Assembly (NCBI GenBank): GCA_048881705.1
Contig: JBHLSH010000059.1
Span: forward strand, 1 to 24,573
Direction of reading: 5' to 3'
DNA from: Candidatus Heimdallarchaeota archaeon
GTDB lineage: Archaea; Asgardarchaeota; Heimdallarchaeia; Hodarchaeales; Hodarchaeaceae
Length of the DNA: 24,573 nucleotides
In this document: one piece after another, positions 1-8,863 of the stretch
Layout of the letters: each line of letters begins with the position of its first letter
How positions within the stretch are numbered: the first letter of the stretch is position 1
The notes under the pieces: model-generated
What the model was told of the DNA's origin: nothing
The model's database searches: none
What the model saw: the letters and a program-made list of their open reading frames with translations, nothing else
Translations under genes and position numbers: made by a program

Positions 1-137
1 CCCGTCATCCTTTGGATGAACCAAGCCCACATTCCTATCCCCTGATCCCACGGTTTAAACCAATTCAAAAAGTTCCTCGACTTACTCCCACCTGCAACTT
101 GTGTATCATGAATGCTTTTTTCAGTACTTCCTGTCAT
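1..137 (-). CDS. sdhC: Succinate dehydrogenase/fumarate reductase cytochrome b subunit (SdhC-type), N-terminal part only; runs off the window edge
   Basis: Not in the ORF track. Manual translation from ATG at 137 gives MTGSTEKSIHDTQVAGGSKSRNFLNWFKPWDQGIGMWAWFIQRMTG. GMWAWxxxRxTG is the typical SdhC helix-I motif. A GGTGA RBS overlaps the sdhD TAG just upstream. Confidence 0.75.
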   Translation of the reverse strand, partial: MTGSTEKSIHDTQVAGGSKSRNFLNWFKPWDQGIGMWAWFIQRMT

Positions 138-147
138 GAGATATCAC

Positions 148-594
148 CTATCCGGGCAGCTGGGCCACGCTAAAGTTTAACCATAAAGTGAATAGAGTAA
201 GCACCACGATGAGAATGACAACAGCCCATCCTATGAATCGCCTTGATGCATCCCCTGGTATTATATCAAGCCATACTGTTCTCACACCGTTGAAGGCGTG
301 AAACAGCAAGAAAATAACAAAGAGGAAGGAAACGATTAAGTAAAGCGGATTCGCCATCTTAATCTGGACAACTCGAAATGACGCTATCCCATAATCCCTT
401 ACAATATCTGGGTACTGGGCTTCAACAAAAGGGTTGAGATAATGATTGAGAACCATGTGGAGCCCTAACAGAACAAAGGTAAATGCCCCGCTAATACGTT
501 GGAGGACCCACCATTGAGCGGAACGTGCTTCATGTTTGGGTACAAATCGGGTAATTCCACTTTCAGAAGTCATATTACAAACACTTCCTGTCAT
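148..594 (-). CDS. sdhD: Succinate dehydrogenase hydrophobic membrane anchor (SdhD-type); start may be ATG at 573
   Basis: WWVLQRISG motif, three hydrophobic helices, candidate heme-ligand His in LHMVLNH and FHAFNGVRT; adjacent to an sdhC-like gene. Confidence 0.75.
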   Translation of the reverse strand: MTGSVCNMTSESGITRFVPKHEARSAQWWVLQRISGAFTFVLLGLHMVLNHYLNPFVEAQYPDIVRDYGIASFRVVQIKMANPLYLIVSFLFVIFLLFHAFNGVRTVWLDIIPGDASRRFIGWAVVILIVVLTLFTLWLNFSVAQLPG

Positions 595-630
595 TATATC
601 GAATATTAAGTGTTATTAGTAAGAAACAGT

Positions 631-645
631 ATCTTAAAGTTGTTC
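631..645 (-). promoter_or_regulatory. Candidate archaeal BRE/TATA for sdhDC
   Basis: Minus strand reads GAACAAC-TTTAAGAT, about 40-60 bp upstream of the two possible starts. Confidence 0.35.
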
Positions 646-1097
646 TAGTGACTTAAATCTCCGATAAATGCTGAATAATATGAGGATTTTGTTTGATAAA
701 TTGCATACAATATGCATACAATTTTTTATCATATCACGAAACTAAACAATCGTTAAGACGAACTCCCTATCTGTTAATAAAGACGTTTTCCTCACAGTCG
801 GATTTTCGATCTCATTCCAGTCTTTTTATCAGGTTCCAAACCATAATATTTTGAAAATAATTTCTCAAAAGAATAATCTGGAATTGATTATGGGAGTCTT
901 CAGGCTGGCGATGACAAGACTTGTATAAACGGACTTTTTCAGACGCAGCATACATCACATTGGGGTGATTCTGTAATCAGTCATTAGGAGATCAGAAAAA
1001 AGTCAATCTCAGGTCAAATTATCTTTATCCCTCATAATTGTTAACTGAATGTTTTTGTTGTCATGGTTAGGTCCAATAAAACACAGGAGTTGGTGAT

Positions 1098-1961
1098 ATG
1101 GTGCTTCCTGATCCCTTGGTATCCGAGGTTTTACACACACAGCATTCTCTCAGAACTACAATATTATCATGTCTCGATCCATTGGGGGGATTGACGAATT
1201 TCATCAAGCCTAGGGATCATGTTCTTGTGAAACCAAATTTCAATACCGCGGATCCATTTCCAGCGTCAACTGATTTAGATTTCTTCATAACAATTCTGAT
1301 GCTTCTAAAAGAAATAACTTCTGACGTTACTGTTATTGAATCCTCCACATTAAAGGTGGACACTAGAAAGTTAATTACTTCACGGATGAATGGCAAACTG
1401 GAGGAACTTGACGTTCCTCTTGTTACGGAAAAGGACTATGTATATGAAAAAGTGGATCTGAAATCAATGGGAGCCAAATATATGAAATCAGTGAAACTTC
1501 CTAGGCAGATTTTGGATCCCAAAACGAAAACCATTCTTCTACCTTGTTGTAAAACCCACTTTATTGGTCAATTCACCGGTGCTTTGAAACTAGCAGTTGG
1601 ATTAATGGAAAGAAAGCAACGAATACGAATGCACATGAGCTTGCGTGTTCCAGAAAAAGTTGCAGATTTGAATCTTGGCTATTCGCCACATCTTTGCATT
1701 ATGGATGCCCGGACTGTCTTTGTGACTGGAGGACCGAGTAATGGTAGAAAGGAAGAACCCCAAAAAATCTTAGCTGGTTCAAATCGGGTTGCTTTAGATA
1801 TACAAGGAATAAAAATCATTCAAAAATATAATGCCAAAAATCACCTCACTGGTAAATCCCCTGAAGAGGTAAGACAAATTGCAAGAGCTATCGAACTTGA
1901 TATCGATGGGAGTTCGCTTTTTACAACCAACGGTCCTAAAATGACGGCCGTTCCTGCATAA
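1098..1961 (+). CDS. DUF362 domain protein (putative Fe-S binding)
   Basis: IKPRDHVLVKPNF, CKTH...FTGALK and MDARTV...GGP motifs typical of DUF362; GGAG/GGTGA RBS directly upstream. Confidence 0.75.
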   Translation: MVLPDPLVSEVLHTQHSLRTTILSCLDPLGGLTNFIKPRDHVLVKPNFNTADPFPASTDLDFFITILMLLKEITSDVTVIESSTLKVDTRKLITSRMNGKLEELDVPLVTEKDYVYEKVDLKSMGAKYMKSVKLPRQILDPKTKTILLPCCKTHFIGQFTGALKLAVGLMERKQRIRMHMSLRVPEKVADLNLGYSPHLCIMDARTVFVTGGPSNGRKEEPQKILAGSNRVALDIQGIKIIQKYNAKNHLTGKSPEEVRQIARAIELDIDGSSLFTTNGPKMTAVPA

Positions 1962-1978
1962 CTGGATTGATTCCTTGG

Positions 1979-3394
1979 TTATTTTCCCGTTTTTAGATCT
2001 TCATCCAATTTTGAAAATCCCATCATTGGCTGCCGGATACTAGAGCCAGATAATTCGGATATGGACCTTTTGATCCCGCTTTTGATTGAATGACTCTGAC
2101 CAGCAGCTGCAGGAAGAGGAGCTTCTGATTCCCAAGCTATCGTCTTATCAAGATTTCTAAGCCCCGTGAGGAGCCAAGCTAGCGTAATTACAATAAAGCT
2201 GGCAAATATCGCTAGCAGGAAAAGATTCACGGTTCCGAAAAGTTCAGCGAGGGGTCCCGAAGCCAGCATGCCAAATGGTAAGGTCGCTCCTGCCACAGAT
2301 GCCGCAATAGCCGACACTCGTCCCTGTAGATCTGGTGGAACAGTTGTTTGAAGTATAGTCCTAAATGTAGAATCCACTATGGGAATCATGGCTCCAAAAA
2401 TGAGTGCGCCTATTCCCATCCACCAAAAAACCCCCAATGGGGTAATTACTTGAATAAAGTACCCTAACAGCTGAAAATAGAATGCAAAGACGATGACGGT
2501 CGATTTTTTGTTCCAGTCTTTCTTAATCAGCAAAAATACGCCTGAAATCAGCATTCCAACTTGACTGAGAACGACTACAAACGCTAAATCCGTCACAGTT
2601 CCAGAATGGGTGGAGTATACAAATATGGGGCCAAGAACAGCAATGGGTATTTGTAATAAGGTAATGGCCGTAAATACGAGAAGCAAAGGAAGGAGTCCGT
2701 TCTTGGATCGCAGTATGTGGATACCTTCCTGGAATTCATGGATCACTGCCGAAAGACCAATTTTATCATGAACCTGATTTCCGTTAGGAGGCGGTTCAGG
2801 TATGATTATCAAGTACAGAGGTATGATCGCAAGAAGAAATGTTACGACGTCCACCCAGATGATAACCTCAATTGGGGCAAGTTCGTAGAAAATAGCCCCC
2901 AGAGCCGGTCCGAGTATATTCACTGCGCCCACAAAGAAGAACTTAACTCCATTAAGTCGATTAAGATAACTTCGCGGCACCATTAGCGGAATGATGGCGT
3001 CAGCCGCGGGTGCATGAAATGAGGCGGTAATTCCACGAAGAGTGATTACGTAAACGACTCCCCAGTACAGTTGAAGTCCCGTAAGGAAATTTCGAAACAA
3101 AAACAGGGCAATTAAACCTATGGCACCTAAGGCCTGAAATCCGTCTGAGACCCCCAGAATCCACTTCCTATTCCATCGGTCAACAAATACTCCAGCAATT
3201 GGCATGAATACTACTTGAACTCCAATTCCCAATAGGTATGCGACTGCTAAGTAGATTGGATTTAGGTACGTTACAACAATCCACCAAATGATTACGAATT
3301 GTACGATGTTTGACCCAAGTAAAGACACGACTTGACCGGCCCAGAAGAACAAATAGGCATTAACAGTATGCGAAGTAGCCATATGTGTCGCCAA
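1979..3394 (-). CDS. MFS transporter (DHA3/MefA-like efflux family); start may be ATG at 3382
   Basis: About 12 hydrophobic segments; MFS motif A (GVFVDRWNRK); second-half repeat VPPDLQGRV. Confidence 0.85.
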   Translation of the reverse strand: MATHMATSHTVNAYLFFWAGQVVSLLGSNIVQFVIIWWIVVTYLNPIYLAVAYLLGIGVQVVFMPIAGVFVDRWNRKWILGVSDGFQALGAIGLIALFLFRNFLTGLQLYWGVVYVITLRGITASFHAPAADAIIPLMVPRSYLNRLNGVKFFFVGAVNILGPALGAIFYELAPIEVIIWVDVVTFLLAIIPLYLIIIPEPPPNGNQVHDKIGLSAVIHEFQEGIHILRSKNGLLPLLLVFTAITLLQIPIAVLGPIFVYSTHSGTVTDLAFVVVLSQVGMLISGVFLLIKKDWNKKSTVIVFAFYFQLLGYFIQVITPLGVFWWMGIGALIFGAMIPIVDSTFRTILQTTVPPDLQGRVSAIAASVAGATLPFGMLASGPLAELFGTVNLFLLAIFASFIVITLAWLLTGLRNLDKTIAWESEAPLPAAAGQSHSIKSGIKRSISELSGSSIRQPMMGFSKLDEDLKTGK

Positions 3395-3942
3395 GGTGCC
3401 ACGTCCGACGTAAATGAGGGGGAAATGGAGGGATATATATCTTTGAAATTCTCAGCACAACTGGCTGGTAAAAATGATTACAACCTAGCCACGTAATTGT
3501 CAGCTAAGTAAGTAATCATTATTTCAGTTGGAATAAGTAATTTCAGGAAGATCTAGTACTCCAGCGATTTGTGATTTTTAACTATGTCTAGAGAATAAAT
3601 CCGAATTTTACGTTAATCGTTATGATAAATACCGGAGAATTCATATTAGGCCAGAGACAATAGTTCTACTAGTTACCGCCAATATGAACCCGATATTATT
3701 CAAATAATCTGCAGAACTACATTCAGGAAACGCTATTTCGCTTAAACACGCGTATTTTGGGTTTTTTTCATTACAATCCTCATTGGCTGTTTTTAGTATC
3801 CGCTATAATTGGCTAAAAAACGGAAGTCCATTGACGGGTCGTGCTCGACTTGCATTTGCTTTGTGAACGAGAAACGGGGAAAAAATTACTCCCATTGAAA
3901 TCCCATGGTTATATTTCAAACTAGATCTGCTTCAATCTTGCT

Positions 3943-4527
3943 TTACAGGCGCAGGATGGATGCAAACCATGCTGCCACCTTCCCTTGAGGACGATTAGTC
4001 TCGAAAGAAGCTACATCAACTGATCTGACCCTCCATACATCCTTAGCTGAAAAAGAGGAATAAATTTCGGATTGAGTTACCCGTCTCGGTCCCCATCCTG
4101 CTGGCTCATGTTCGCTGAAACATATGAAATAGTAGTTTCCTGCCGAATTAAGGACCTTTGCCAGCTGGTTTGTAAACTGGATCCTTTCGCTATCTGAAAA
4201 TATGTGAAAGAGTCCCGAGTCAATCACGGTATTGAAACGTTTTCCAAGTTGATCTAGTTTGAACACATCGAAAACTTTGAAATTCGCATGAATTCCCCGA
4301 TTCTGTGCTTTTCGATTCGCCTTTTCGATTGCAGTTGGAGCCGAATCAATACCGATTACCTCATATCCCAGGTCGGCTAAATATAATGTATTTTCTCCCG
4401 TACCACAGCCTACATCCAAGATTGGGTCTGTTATTGAGTTTTTGCTTGCTAGATCGACGAGAAATTGTTGGGGTCGGCCAATATCCCACAAAGGAGTACC
4501 TTGATACATAATATCGAAATTAGACAT
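3943..4527 (-). CDS. Class I SAM-dependent methyltransferase
   Basis: Motif I ILDVGCGTG, acidic post-I GIDSA, DSGLFH; GGAGA RBS upstream. Confidence 0.85.
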   Translation of the reverse strand: MSNFDIMYQGTPLWDIGRPQQFLVDLASKNSITDPILDVGCGTGENTLYLADLGYEVIGIDSAPTAIEKANRKAQNRGIHANFKVFDVFKLDQLGKRFNTVIDSGLFHIFSDSERIQFTNQLAKVLNSAGNYYFICFSEHEPAGWGPRRVTQSEIYSSFSAKDVWRVRSVDVASFETNRPQGKVAAWFASILRL

Positions 4528-4613
4528 AGGGGTTCTCCAATTAATCCCTTCCTATGCCTATTCAAGAATGTAAGGAAACGAAAATAGAAAAAAGAAAGGA
4601 AGATGGGAAATGA

Positions 4614-5984
4614 CTATCTGGATTTTACATCAATATAGTTGCCCGCGTCGGGCAAGACATACACCAATGGATCACGATTCTTCTGTTCTCGGAAGTTTTC
4701 TATCCATGTACGTAGGCTTGCCTGCACATCACCCGTTCTGGGTACATATTTGATTCGAAAAATATCCTCTAATTGCTCCTTATCCATCTCTGTGATCATA
4801 TGACATGTAGCCCTTTTGAGGATCCTGATTAAATCAACTACCTTCTGGTTACCTATTTTGAAATTCTCAATACTACACTTGGTTTCAATAACTTTAGAAA
4901 GCGCGGCATCTAATCCAATTCCATTTATTTCCCGCATTGTATCATAGTAGTTTTGGCTGCCATGCCCTAAGTCGCAACGAGCCAAAAGTAAGATATCTCC
5001 ACCTTCTTTTACAGCATTCCAGCCAGCATGGAACCCTTTTCCTCCTTGATATAGGTTTATGCTTAGAGGCCCTGTGGATACGATCACCAGATCTGCTGGC
5101 CTGTCGACTTCTACCACTCGGAGAGGTTTCAGGGCTTCTCGGCGTAATTCATGAAGAGAATTAATATCTCCTGCATCTAACATTACGATTTCCTCGCCGT
5201 TCATCACGGCATCGATACAAAAAACTGGAACCATCTTCTTAGTGAGCTGCGCCATCTGGATCATGTCTTGAATTACTGGATTTCCCTTAGTATTGCCGAG
5301 GCGGCATTCTGGCTTAAAACCAAGGACCTTATCAAACATTTGCGGATGATTACGAGCGATTGTTTCCTTGCCTGCACACCCTGGAAAAAATTGCTTGACG
5401 GTACCTGCAACACCAGCGAAGTAATGGTATTCACTGTCCGTCACCGCTATTATTAATCCCGACTCCAGCACATCTATGTTTACCCAAATCGGGGTTCCTA
5501 AGGTTGATGTACCTAAATGGCGACAATTTTCAGCCTGTTTGTGAATCATGATGTGATCTTTCCATTCCCCGTAAATAGCTGGTCCGAGGATTTTATTCTC
5601 TAATAAATCATCAGTTGGAGGGCTATGCGATCCACTAGCAATCAGTAATCTGATATCATCCTTTTTTACTTTGTAATCTTCAAGTAACTTCTTAAAAAGC
5701 AGCGGGAGTAGAATTTTGGTATGTTTATTAGGTCGAGTAGCATCATCTACTAGGATCATAACTTGCAATCGCTCCCGAGTCTTTGTAAGTTCTCCAAGAG
5801 CTTTGGAATCGACAGGATTAGCGAGAATATCCTCAAATCGCGTTTCAAGGTCCGTAAAAGTTCGGCCTGGTTCAGGAAGCCCTGGGGGTTCCAAAACGTG
5901 CACATCTAAATCCGCAGGTATAAACAGAGAAATAGGTTCATCCCCATACAAGAGAGTTATATCTTTCCACGACATAGAGAACAC
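4614..5984 (-). CDS. larA: LarA-family nickel-pincer (NPN)-dependent 2-hydroxyacid racemase/epimerase; start may be ATG at 5975
   Basis: DDATRP, SGSH, EYHYFAGVAGTVKQFFPG, RNH and NLYQGGKG match the conserved Asp/Arg, His, His, Lys, His, Tyr/Lys positions of LarA. Substrate not determinable. Confidence 0.8.
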   Translation of the reverse strand: MFSMSWKDITLLYGDEPISLFIPADLDVHVLEPPGLPEPGRTFTDLETRFEDILANPVDSKALGELTKTRERLQVMILVDDATRPNKHTKILLPLLFKKLLEDYKVKKDDIRLLIASGSHSPPTDDLLENKILGPAIYGEWKDHIMIHKQAENCRHLGTSTLGTPIWVNIDVLESGLIIAVTDSEYHYFAGVAGTVKQFFPGCAGKETIARNHPQMFDKVLGFKPECRLGNTKGNPVIQDMIQMAQLTKKMVPVFCIDAVMNGEEIVMLDAGDINSLHELRREALKPLRVVEVDRPADLVIVSTGPLSINLYQGGKGFHAGWNAVKEGGDILLLARCDLGHGSQNYYDTMREINGIGLDAALSKVIETKCSIENFKIGNQKVVDLIRILKRATCHMITEMDKEQLEDIFRIKYVPRTGDVQASLRTWIENFREQKNRDPLVYVLPDAGNYIDVKSR

Positions 5985-6018
5985 CTACCAAATTCTGAAC
6001 CTAGTAAGGGTCTATTCT

Positions 6019-6032
6019 AATTATACTTTTCG
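6019..6032 (-). promoter_or_regulatory. Candidate BRE/TATA for the larA-like gene
   Basis: Minus strand CGAAAAG-TATAATT; the same BRE heptamer is seen upstream of korD. Confidence 0.5.
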
Positions 6033-6424
6033 TTCCTCACCTAAAATCATCATTTTTCAACTCATTTATCATTACTTCTCACCTAAATCTTTTTGTAAGA
6101 TTATTCCCCACTTTATCGGAATTAAAACGCTTATTGATGGATTTTCACGTGTTTTCTAATATGACATTATTTATTGGTGTTTCATTAATCCTGACTATCT
6201 GAGGCAACTTAGGCAACCTTAAGCCGTCGTATACTTGGCAAAGAAAAAACAATATTCAAACAGAGTTTGGAGGCTCTTTAAGCCAGTTTTTGACCATGTT
6301 TCCTCTTTTTATGGACCGATCGTTTTACATTAATCATCCTAAAGGATGAGTAGATTTGAAATTAGAAATATCAGGTGAAAAATTTCCCTGCCCGAATTTT
6401 GACTGTTCTCTACCTGAATTGGAT

Positions 6425-6439
6425 TGAAAACTTTATAAA
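6425..6439 (+). promoter_or_regulatory. Candidate BRE/TATA for adaA-adaB (probably leaderless transcript)
   Basis: TGAAAAC-TTTATAAA ending about 20 bp before the ATG at 6460. Confidence 0.55.
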
Positions 6440-6459
6440 TCATAACTTGTTGACTGTTT

Positions 6460-7005
6460 ATGATGAAGGTCATAAATGGTTTGACATTTGAAGACATGAT
6501 TCACATCGCAAAAGCCTGTGATAATTCATATGACGGGAAATTCTGGGTAGCCGTTAAAACGACCAAAATTTACTGTTTGCCATCATGTAAGGCGAAATCT
6601 CCCTTACCAGAAAACGTAACATTTTATGCTACCCGTGAGGAAGCGATAGAGAATGACTTTAGAGGATGCAAAAGGTGTAAATCAGAATACTTTCCCGATG
6701 TTGCTCCAAAATGGCTCGATACCATCCTATCATTCATGAAGACCAATCAGACAAGAAAGATTACTGAGGGTGAGCTAGAAAGCTTAACTCATACAGATAT
6801 TAGCACGATTCGAAGATACTTCAAAACGACTCATAGCATTAGTCCAATGGCTTATCATCGTAAAATCCGATTGTCGCATGCTAAAAAAATGCTACAAAAT
6901 GGCATCTCAATTCAAGAAGTATCAGACCACGTCGGATTTAGCTCGATAAACGGTTTTATTTATGCATTTTCAAAAGAATTCGGTTATTCACCAAGAGGGA
7001 CATAA
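6460..7005 (+). CDS. adaA: Ada metal-binding (methylphosphotriester repair) domain plus AraC-type HTH (AdaA-like)
   Basis: Zn-binding YCLPSC...RGCKRC; AraC tail IRLSHAKKML...VGFSSINGFIYAFSKEFGYSP. Confidence 0.85.
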   Translation: MMKVINGLTFEDMIHIAKACDNSYDGKFWVAVKTTKIYCLPSCKAKSPLPENVTFYATREEAIENDFRGCKRCKSEYFPDVAPKWLDTILSFMKTNQTRKITEGELESLTHTDISTIRRYFKTTHSISPMAYHRKIRLSHAKKMLQNGISIQEVSDHVGFSSINGFIYAFSKEFGYSPRGT

Positions 7006-7584
7006 ATGGAAGAAAAAATCACCTGGAAAATCCTCAGAAGTAAGCTAGGCAATCTTATTGGAGGAACCACATCCAAAGGATGTTGTCTTCTTGAATTTGT
7101 AGATCGTAGGAGTCTAAACACTATCATCTCTAAGATGGAACAGCGATATAAGATGCATTTCGTGCATGGAACATCATCAATCTTGGAAAAATTGCAGGAA
7201 GAACTAAACGAATATTTTGATGGATCACGAAATCAATTCTCCGTCCCCTTAGATGTGAGAGGCACTCCTTTTCAGATGTCGGTGTGGTCACAATTACTCT
7301 CAATTCCATATGGAGAGACGCGAAGTTACAATGATATTGCAAAATCCATTAAAAATGAAACAGCCGTTAGAGCGGTTGGAAGAGCAAATGGAGACAATAA
7401 TATCGGAATTGTTATTCCGTGTCACAGAGTAATAGCCAGTGATGGCAATTTACAAGGTTATGGAGGAGGATTGTGGAGAAAGAAAGAATTACTTACGTTA
7501 GAAGAGAGTTTTAAATCAAATTTCTCCCAAAATTCCCGTTCTATCCCAGATCCAACTACCCTAGACAATTGGCTTTATCATTAG
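7006..7584 (+). CDS. adaB: Methylated-DNA--protein-cysteine methyltransferase (Ogt/AdaB)
   Basis: GTPFQMSVW, IPYGETRSY, RAVGRANG, active-site PCHRV, GYGGGLWRK. Confidence 0.92.
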   Translation: MEEKITWKILRSKLGNLIGGTTSKGCCLLEFVDRRSLNTIISKMEQRYKMHFVHGTSSILEKLQEELNEYFDGSRNQFSVPLDVRGTPFQMSVWSQLLSIPYGETRSYNDIAKSIKNETAVRAVGRANGDNNIGIVIPCHRVIASDGNLQGYGGGLWRKKELLTLEESFKSNFSQNSRSIPDPTTLDNWLYH

Positions 7585-7652
7585 TTGTTTTTATCATTTG
7601 AGATCTAGATATCTTTCCCTGACATCTCTCAGGAGGAGAATTTAATAGGTTC

Positions 7653-7853
7653 TTGTCCCGCTTCTTTTTAAATTCAAATTTACCAATGGACTTTCTAAAC
7701 AAGAAGCTAATTCTACAAGCTATACTTAACGATGAACAGAAACATCGCAGTTTACTTGTGAGAATTAGAAAAACGATTGTAGATCAATTTGCATTGAGTG
7801 AGTCTGACTTATGGAAAATGCTAGAGGAATCTTATCTTGATTTTGGCGAGTGA
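7653..7853 (+). CDS. Short ORF resembling the C-terminal half of a ferritin/rubrerythrin-like protein (possibly a fragment); start may be ATG at 7686
   Basis: LILQAILNDEQKHRSLL helix with a DExxH-type motif; AGGAGG upstream; no N-terminal helix pair in frame (TGA at 7620). Confidence 0.4.
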   Translation: MSRFFLNSNLPMDFLNKKLILQAILNDEQKHRSLLVRIRKTIVDQFALSESDLWKMLEESYLDFGE

Positions 7854-7882
7854 TCAAGGGCAAGCATCATGTAAGAGGCTGC

Positions 7883-8851
7883 TTATGAATTCGGATTAGA
7901 TCCCGTCGTTACTGTTATGATTTCGTTGGGGGAGGTTTCCACAGAGGTGGATTCCGAAGATTTTAGCAATCCTGGTTCCGGTTTCATCAGATGATAACTA
8001 ATGCCTATTGCTTTTGGGTCTGCTCCCATCGCGATCGCTAGTAGTTCTGTGAAATAAAACGTAGGCGTCCCTGTAATCTGTGTTCCCACCGATTCCTCCC
8101 GCAGAATAAGCTTCTGACTTCCGTCATACTGCAGAAAGCACGTGGGACAAGGAACAGTGATAGCATTTGCCCCTGCTGTTTCCATTTGCACAATCTTATG
8201 TTTAGTGATATCAAATGATGCTGATTGATCCATTTCTCGAATACCCGCTCCACAGCATAATGTCTCATCCACGTAATGAATGGGTTCCGCCTGAATGACG
8301 TTTTCTACAAAATCCCATAACCATTGGGGGGCCTCAGCGTTTTCTGGTTGGCCAATGCTCTGGGGTCGTAATGCGTGACAGCCATAATGAACGGATATCC
8401 GGAAGTTCGACAACGGATTAACAATCATTTGACTGAGTTTATCATATCCAATCTTTTCATGCAGAAATTCGTGCAGATGGATGACAGATATGCTTGCTTT
8501 ATATTCCTGATTCACTTTTGTAAGCAAACTATTGATTCTTGCGAGTTTTTTTGCATCGTTCTTAAGTTTCTGGTTTACATAATGGAGAGTTTCATAACAG
8601 CCGTTGCACAAGGTAATAATATCTAGTCCTTGCTCTTCAGCTAGGGCTAGATTACGCGTAGCTAACGTGTACCAGGTATCTTCGCTATAGGAATGAATAC
8701 CATTTGGATCAGGACAACAACCGAATGGAAGATCCACGAATTCCAATCCTAGCTTTTCCATGACGAAACGAGTTGCCGCCTCCAACTGTGGAAGCTTATA
8801 GGGGATCGTACACCCCAGAAAAAGAGCATATCTACCATTTGACTCTGACAT
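7883..8851 (-). CDS. hdrB: Heterodisulfide reductase subunit B (two CCG domains)
   Basis: FLGCTIP...GCCP...CNGC and HYGCH...CCG...CPTC; both non-cubane cluster motifs are intact. Confidence 0.92.
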   Translation of the reverse strand: MSESNGRYALFLGCTIPYKLPQLEAATRFVMEKLGLEFVDLPFGCCPDPNGIHSYSEDTWYTLATRNLALAEEQGLDIITLCNGCYETLHYVNQKLKNDAKKLARINSLLTKVNQEYKASISVIHLHEFLHEKIGYDKLSQMIVNPLSNFRISVHYGCHALRPQSIGQPENAEAPQWLWDFVENVIQAEPIHYVDETLCCGAGIREMDQSASFDITKHKIVQMETAGANAITVPCPTCFLQYDGSQKLILREESVGTQITGTPTFYFTELLAIAMGADPKAIGISYHLMKPEPGLLKSSESTSVETSPNEIITVTTGSNPNS

Positions 8852-8863
8852 TTGGCATCTTCT

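Noticed and set aside
954-969. ATCAC-N6-GTGAT resembling the TrmBL1 TGM motif (TATCAC-N5-GTGATA)
   Set aside because: The spacing is wrong, the outer bases mismatch and it is a single occurrence.
7883-7980. Ser/Thr-rich C-terminal tail on HdrB
   Set aside because: A short low-complexity extension that is common and uninformative without homolog comparison.
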